28,372 nucleotides of DNA, taken from the IMG/VR virus record IMGVR_UViG_3300042863_002358, positions 1-28,372 of that record; one strand, 5' to 3'. Below the pieces are notes generated by a model, which was not told where the DNA came from, did no database searches, and saw only the letters and a list, made by a program, of their open reading frames with translations. The translations under genes were made by a program, and so were the position numbers. Position 1 is the stretch's first letter; each line of letters opens with the position of its first letter. This stretch comes from a virus (taxonomy: Duplodnaviria; Caudoviricetes). Shown here piece after piece: positions 26,575 to 28,372 of this stretch.

Positions 26575-26960
26575 TATTTTTTGTCTTTTGACGGTTTTTC
26601 CGTTACTTCCATCGGTTCTTTGGAAGCTGCAACCACTTGCTCAACACTCGCCATCAATTGCTTTCTTTCTTCGTCTGTAAGCAGCATATTACCAGAATCT
26701 TCCCCACCGGTTTTACCGGCCATCAATCGCTGGATTATCGCAGCCAATTTAATAAGCTGCTCGTCATTTCTTACCCCCACATCAAAGTATTCCTTCAACA
26801 AAGGAACTATCATGGTTGCGTCGTTGATAGTTTTTATCATCTCTCGCAGGTCGGTGACCAAAATGTCCAACGTGTTTTTCTTCTCTTCCGAATTCTTTAC
26901 AATGTCTTTGCAAAGATCGGAGAAGTTCTTACCCTTGAATATTTCAAAATCATTTTCCAT
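26574..26960 (-). CDS. Helical phage protein, possible terminase small subunit (gp16-like)
   Basis: 128 aa helical hairpin; RNDEQLIKLAAIIQR...MLLTDEERKQLM loosely resembles the T4-type gp16 oligomerisation region. Has its own late promoter. Confidence 0.45.
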   Translation of the reverse strand: MENDFEIFKGKNFSDLCKDIVKNSEEKKNTLDILVTDLREMIKTINDATMIVPLLKEYFDVGVRNDEQLIKLAAIIQRLMAGKTGGEDSGNMLLTDEERKQLMASVEQVVAASKEPMEVTEKPSKDKK

Positions 26961-26966
26961 TGTATA

Positions 26967-26975
26967 TATAAATAG
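26967..26975 (-). promoter_or_regulatory. Putative late promoter CTATTTATA
   Basis: Ends 6 nt upstream of the ATG at 26960, immediately after the terminator hairpin. Confidence 0.7.
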
Positions 26976-26976
26976 T

Positions 26977-27004
26977 CCAACACCCCTGTTTTCAGAGATG
27001 TTGG
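26977..27004 (-). terminator. Stem-loop (probable intrinsic terminator or processing hairpin) after the sigma factor gene
   Basis: Minus-strand RNA CCAACAUCUCUG-AAAA-CAGGGGUGUUGG forms a 12-bp stem whose two G-U pairs work only on the minus strand; it is followed by ACUAUUUAU. Confidence 0.7.
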
Positions 27005-27028
27005 CTATGTAGATTTTTACTTATTATA

Positions 27029-27880
27029 TTAAGATAACGAAGAATTTATCGTACCTCTGGAGAAATATTGATCTGCTATTTCTTTTTGGGCCGCTTTCAT
27101 TCGATTTATTACTTTGGTGATATGCTGTGTTTGGCATCCAGCAATATCTCTAATATACAAATAAAGCGCCTTTTTATTGAAAACGTCGATTCTCCCGCTG
27201 TTCCTGAATATCTCTATAACCGCATTTGCAATCTCAAGGTCTCGTTCCTTGGTAAAATACTTGTTTACGTTATTATCCCAAAAATCAACCATGAGTTGTA
27301 TAAACTCCTTTACCTCGGTATCGCGCTTTTGATGTTCCGGTTCAATTACGAATTCGCCCGAATCGCTTGGATGTTCGCATATTTCTATATGTTTCTTGAA
27401 TCTGCGGTAGTTGTTGTTATTGTCCAATATAAACCAATTCTTGGCAACGATTGAAAAATAACTGAACGCCTTTCCTTTACCCGCTTCAAACTTGTCTATA
27501 TTAGCAACCATATGGGATATGGCTTGCTTTTGTACCTCAAGTGGACTTACATCGGAATAACTAAATTTAAATGTATTGTATACGTTCTCCGCTATTTTTT
27601 CAAAAGCGTATTGTATTTTTTCATTATAGATTCGATTTTTATCAGCCGAGTCTGTTGCCATATTATATTCAATTATACCTTGTTCGGTATCACGTGTGAA
27701 ATAAACATTCGGTCCTGTTTTTTCGATTACGGCTACCACCGGTTCTTCTACTACCTCTGCCACGACCGGTTTAACTTTCTTAGTATTTTTTAAAGTTGGA
27801 TCCTTCTTTACTTTTTTTATTTTTTTCGAAATCGGTTTAAGATTTTTTTTAGTCGCTTTTTGTTTTAATTTTTTCTTCAT
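27029..27880 (-). CDS. Late-transcription sigma factor (T4 gp55-like) with a Lys-rich N-terminal extension
   Basis: YFT..TE..I.EYN...KIAEN...F.Y...KFEAGKGKAFSYFSIVAKN is sigma region 2 of the gp55 type (compare FDPEKS.NAFAYFTQI). Confidence 0.8.
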   Translation of the reverse strand: MKKKLKQKATKKNLKPISKKIKKVKKDPTLKNTKKVKPVVAEVVEEPVVAVIEKTGPNVYFTRDTEQGIIEYNMATDSADKNRIYNEKIQYAFEKIAENVYNTFKFSYSDVSPLEVQKQAISHMVANIDKFEAGKGKAFSYFSIVAKNWFILDNNNNYRRFKKHIEICEHPSDSGEFVIEPEHQKRDTEVKEFIQLMVDFWDNNVNKYFTKERDLEIANAVIEIFRNSGRIDVFNKKALYLYIRDIAGCQTQHITKVINRMKAAQKEIADQYFSRGTINSSLS

Positions 27881-27883
27881 GTT

Positions 27884-28141
27884 TTATTTTACCGTTTCGT
27901 TGAATTCTTTCGTTATTCTGACAACTTCTGAAAAAACGAAACCAACGTCGTCGTCTTTTTCAAATAAATTTTTATCGTCAACCATTTTCAGACGATCATA
28001 AAGAGAGTCGGATTCCATTCTAAACCTAGCCACCCATTCCTCATACACTTCAACCTTCTTTATCAGATTAAAGCAAGCATACGCAAGGGATGCGACGATG
28101 ATCAGTAATATACTGATTATTGTAACAATTAAAATATCCAT
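27884..28141 (-). CDS. Small membrane-anchored protein
   Basis: N-terminal hydrophobic helix ILIVTIISILLIIVASLAYACF followed by a charged helix. Confidence 0.75.
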   Translation of the reverse strand: MDILIVTIISILLIIVASLAYACFNLIKKVEVYEEWVARFRMESDSLYDRLKMVDDKNLFEKDDDVGFVFSEVVRITKEFNETVK

Positions 28142-28142
28142 A

Positions 28143-28328
28143 TTATTCGTCGTTGGCTTCTGTGGAATCGACGATGCTTTCGTTGTCGTATCCCAGCTCT
28201 TCGTTTATTATTTCCAATGCCTCTTCTACGTTAATCCATTTTCTTTCTTCAATGGCGTCCAATAAGATTTCTCGAATTTCTTCAAGAATGTCTGGGTTTA
28301 TATCCGAATGATTTGATTTTTTACTCAT
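28143..28328 (-). CDS. Small acidic hypothetical protein
   Basis: E/D-rich; the ATG at 28328 (MSKK) is preferred over the ORF-track TTG start at 28340. Confidence 0.65.
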   Translation of the reverse strand: MSKKSNHSDINPDILEEIREILLDAIEERKWINVEEALEIINEELGYDNESIVDSTEANDE

Positions 28329-28372
28329 ATGATTTTCCAACCGTCATTTACTAAGTCTAAAGCCTTTTTATA

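Noticed and set aside
3772-26974. Plus-strand TATAAATA as canonical T4 late promoters driving antisense genes
   Set aside because: No credible plus-strand genes follow, and the spacing is consistent only with the minus-strand ATGs.
28-27793. Many plus-strand ORFs (e.g. 28..342, 13197..13694, 24067..24579, 24805..25062, 26278..27012)
   Set aside because: All lie antisense to well-supported minus-strand genes and show no recognisable motifs; the Gly-rich 24805..25062 simply mirrors the Pro codons.
1-28372. CRISPR array, tRNA, rRNA, IS element or DGR repeats
   Set aside because: Intergenic gaps are all about 80 nt or shorter, and I saw no spaced repeats, cloverleaf, transposase, reverse transcriptase or long near-identical repeat pair.

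Overview
A 28.4 kb AT-rich segment of a large, T4-distant myovirus (jumbo-phage-like). There are about 26 tightly packed genes, all on the minus strand; the plus-strand ORFs look like antisense shadows. In transcription order (right to left): two small proteins, a gp55-like late sigma factor, a possible small terminase, a baseplate spike with an HxH motif, a Pro-rich repeat protein, gp25- and gp6-like baseplate wedge proteins, a DNRLRE-like virion protein, a ~1550-codon wedge/LamG gene broken by one in-frame TGA, three tail-collar-like proteins (one carrying a 7-blade FG-GAP propeller and dockerin-type Ca-binding motifs), RuvC, a DUF2786-like protein, primase, a free-standing NUMOD3/Vsr-like homing endonuclease, an Mre11-Rad50 (SbcD-SbcC) fusion, a further probable virion protein, a Zn-finger protein, a small Cys-His-Asp papain/transglutaminase-fold protein and the 5' part of the large terminase (absent from the ORF track). 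The most notable observations are: a conserved ATATTTAT late-promoter motif (the reverse complement of the T4 consensus) that often implies leaderless mRNA; the in-frame TGA; strong enrichment of [S/T]-G-S tripeptides in a block of virion proteins (a possible modification sequon); and a hairpin/operator cluster over the endonuclease start. All calls come from motif recognition by eye; no database searches were run.
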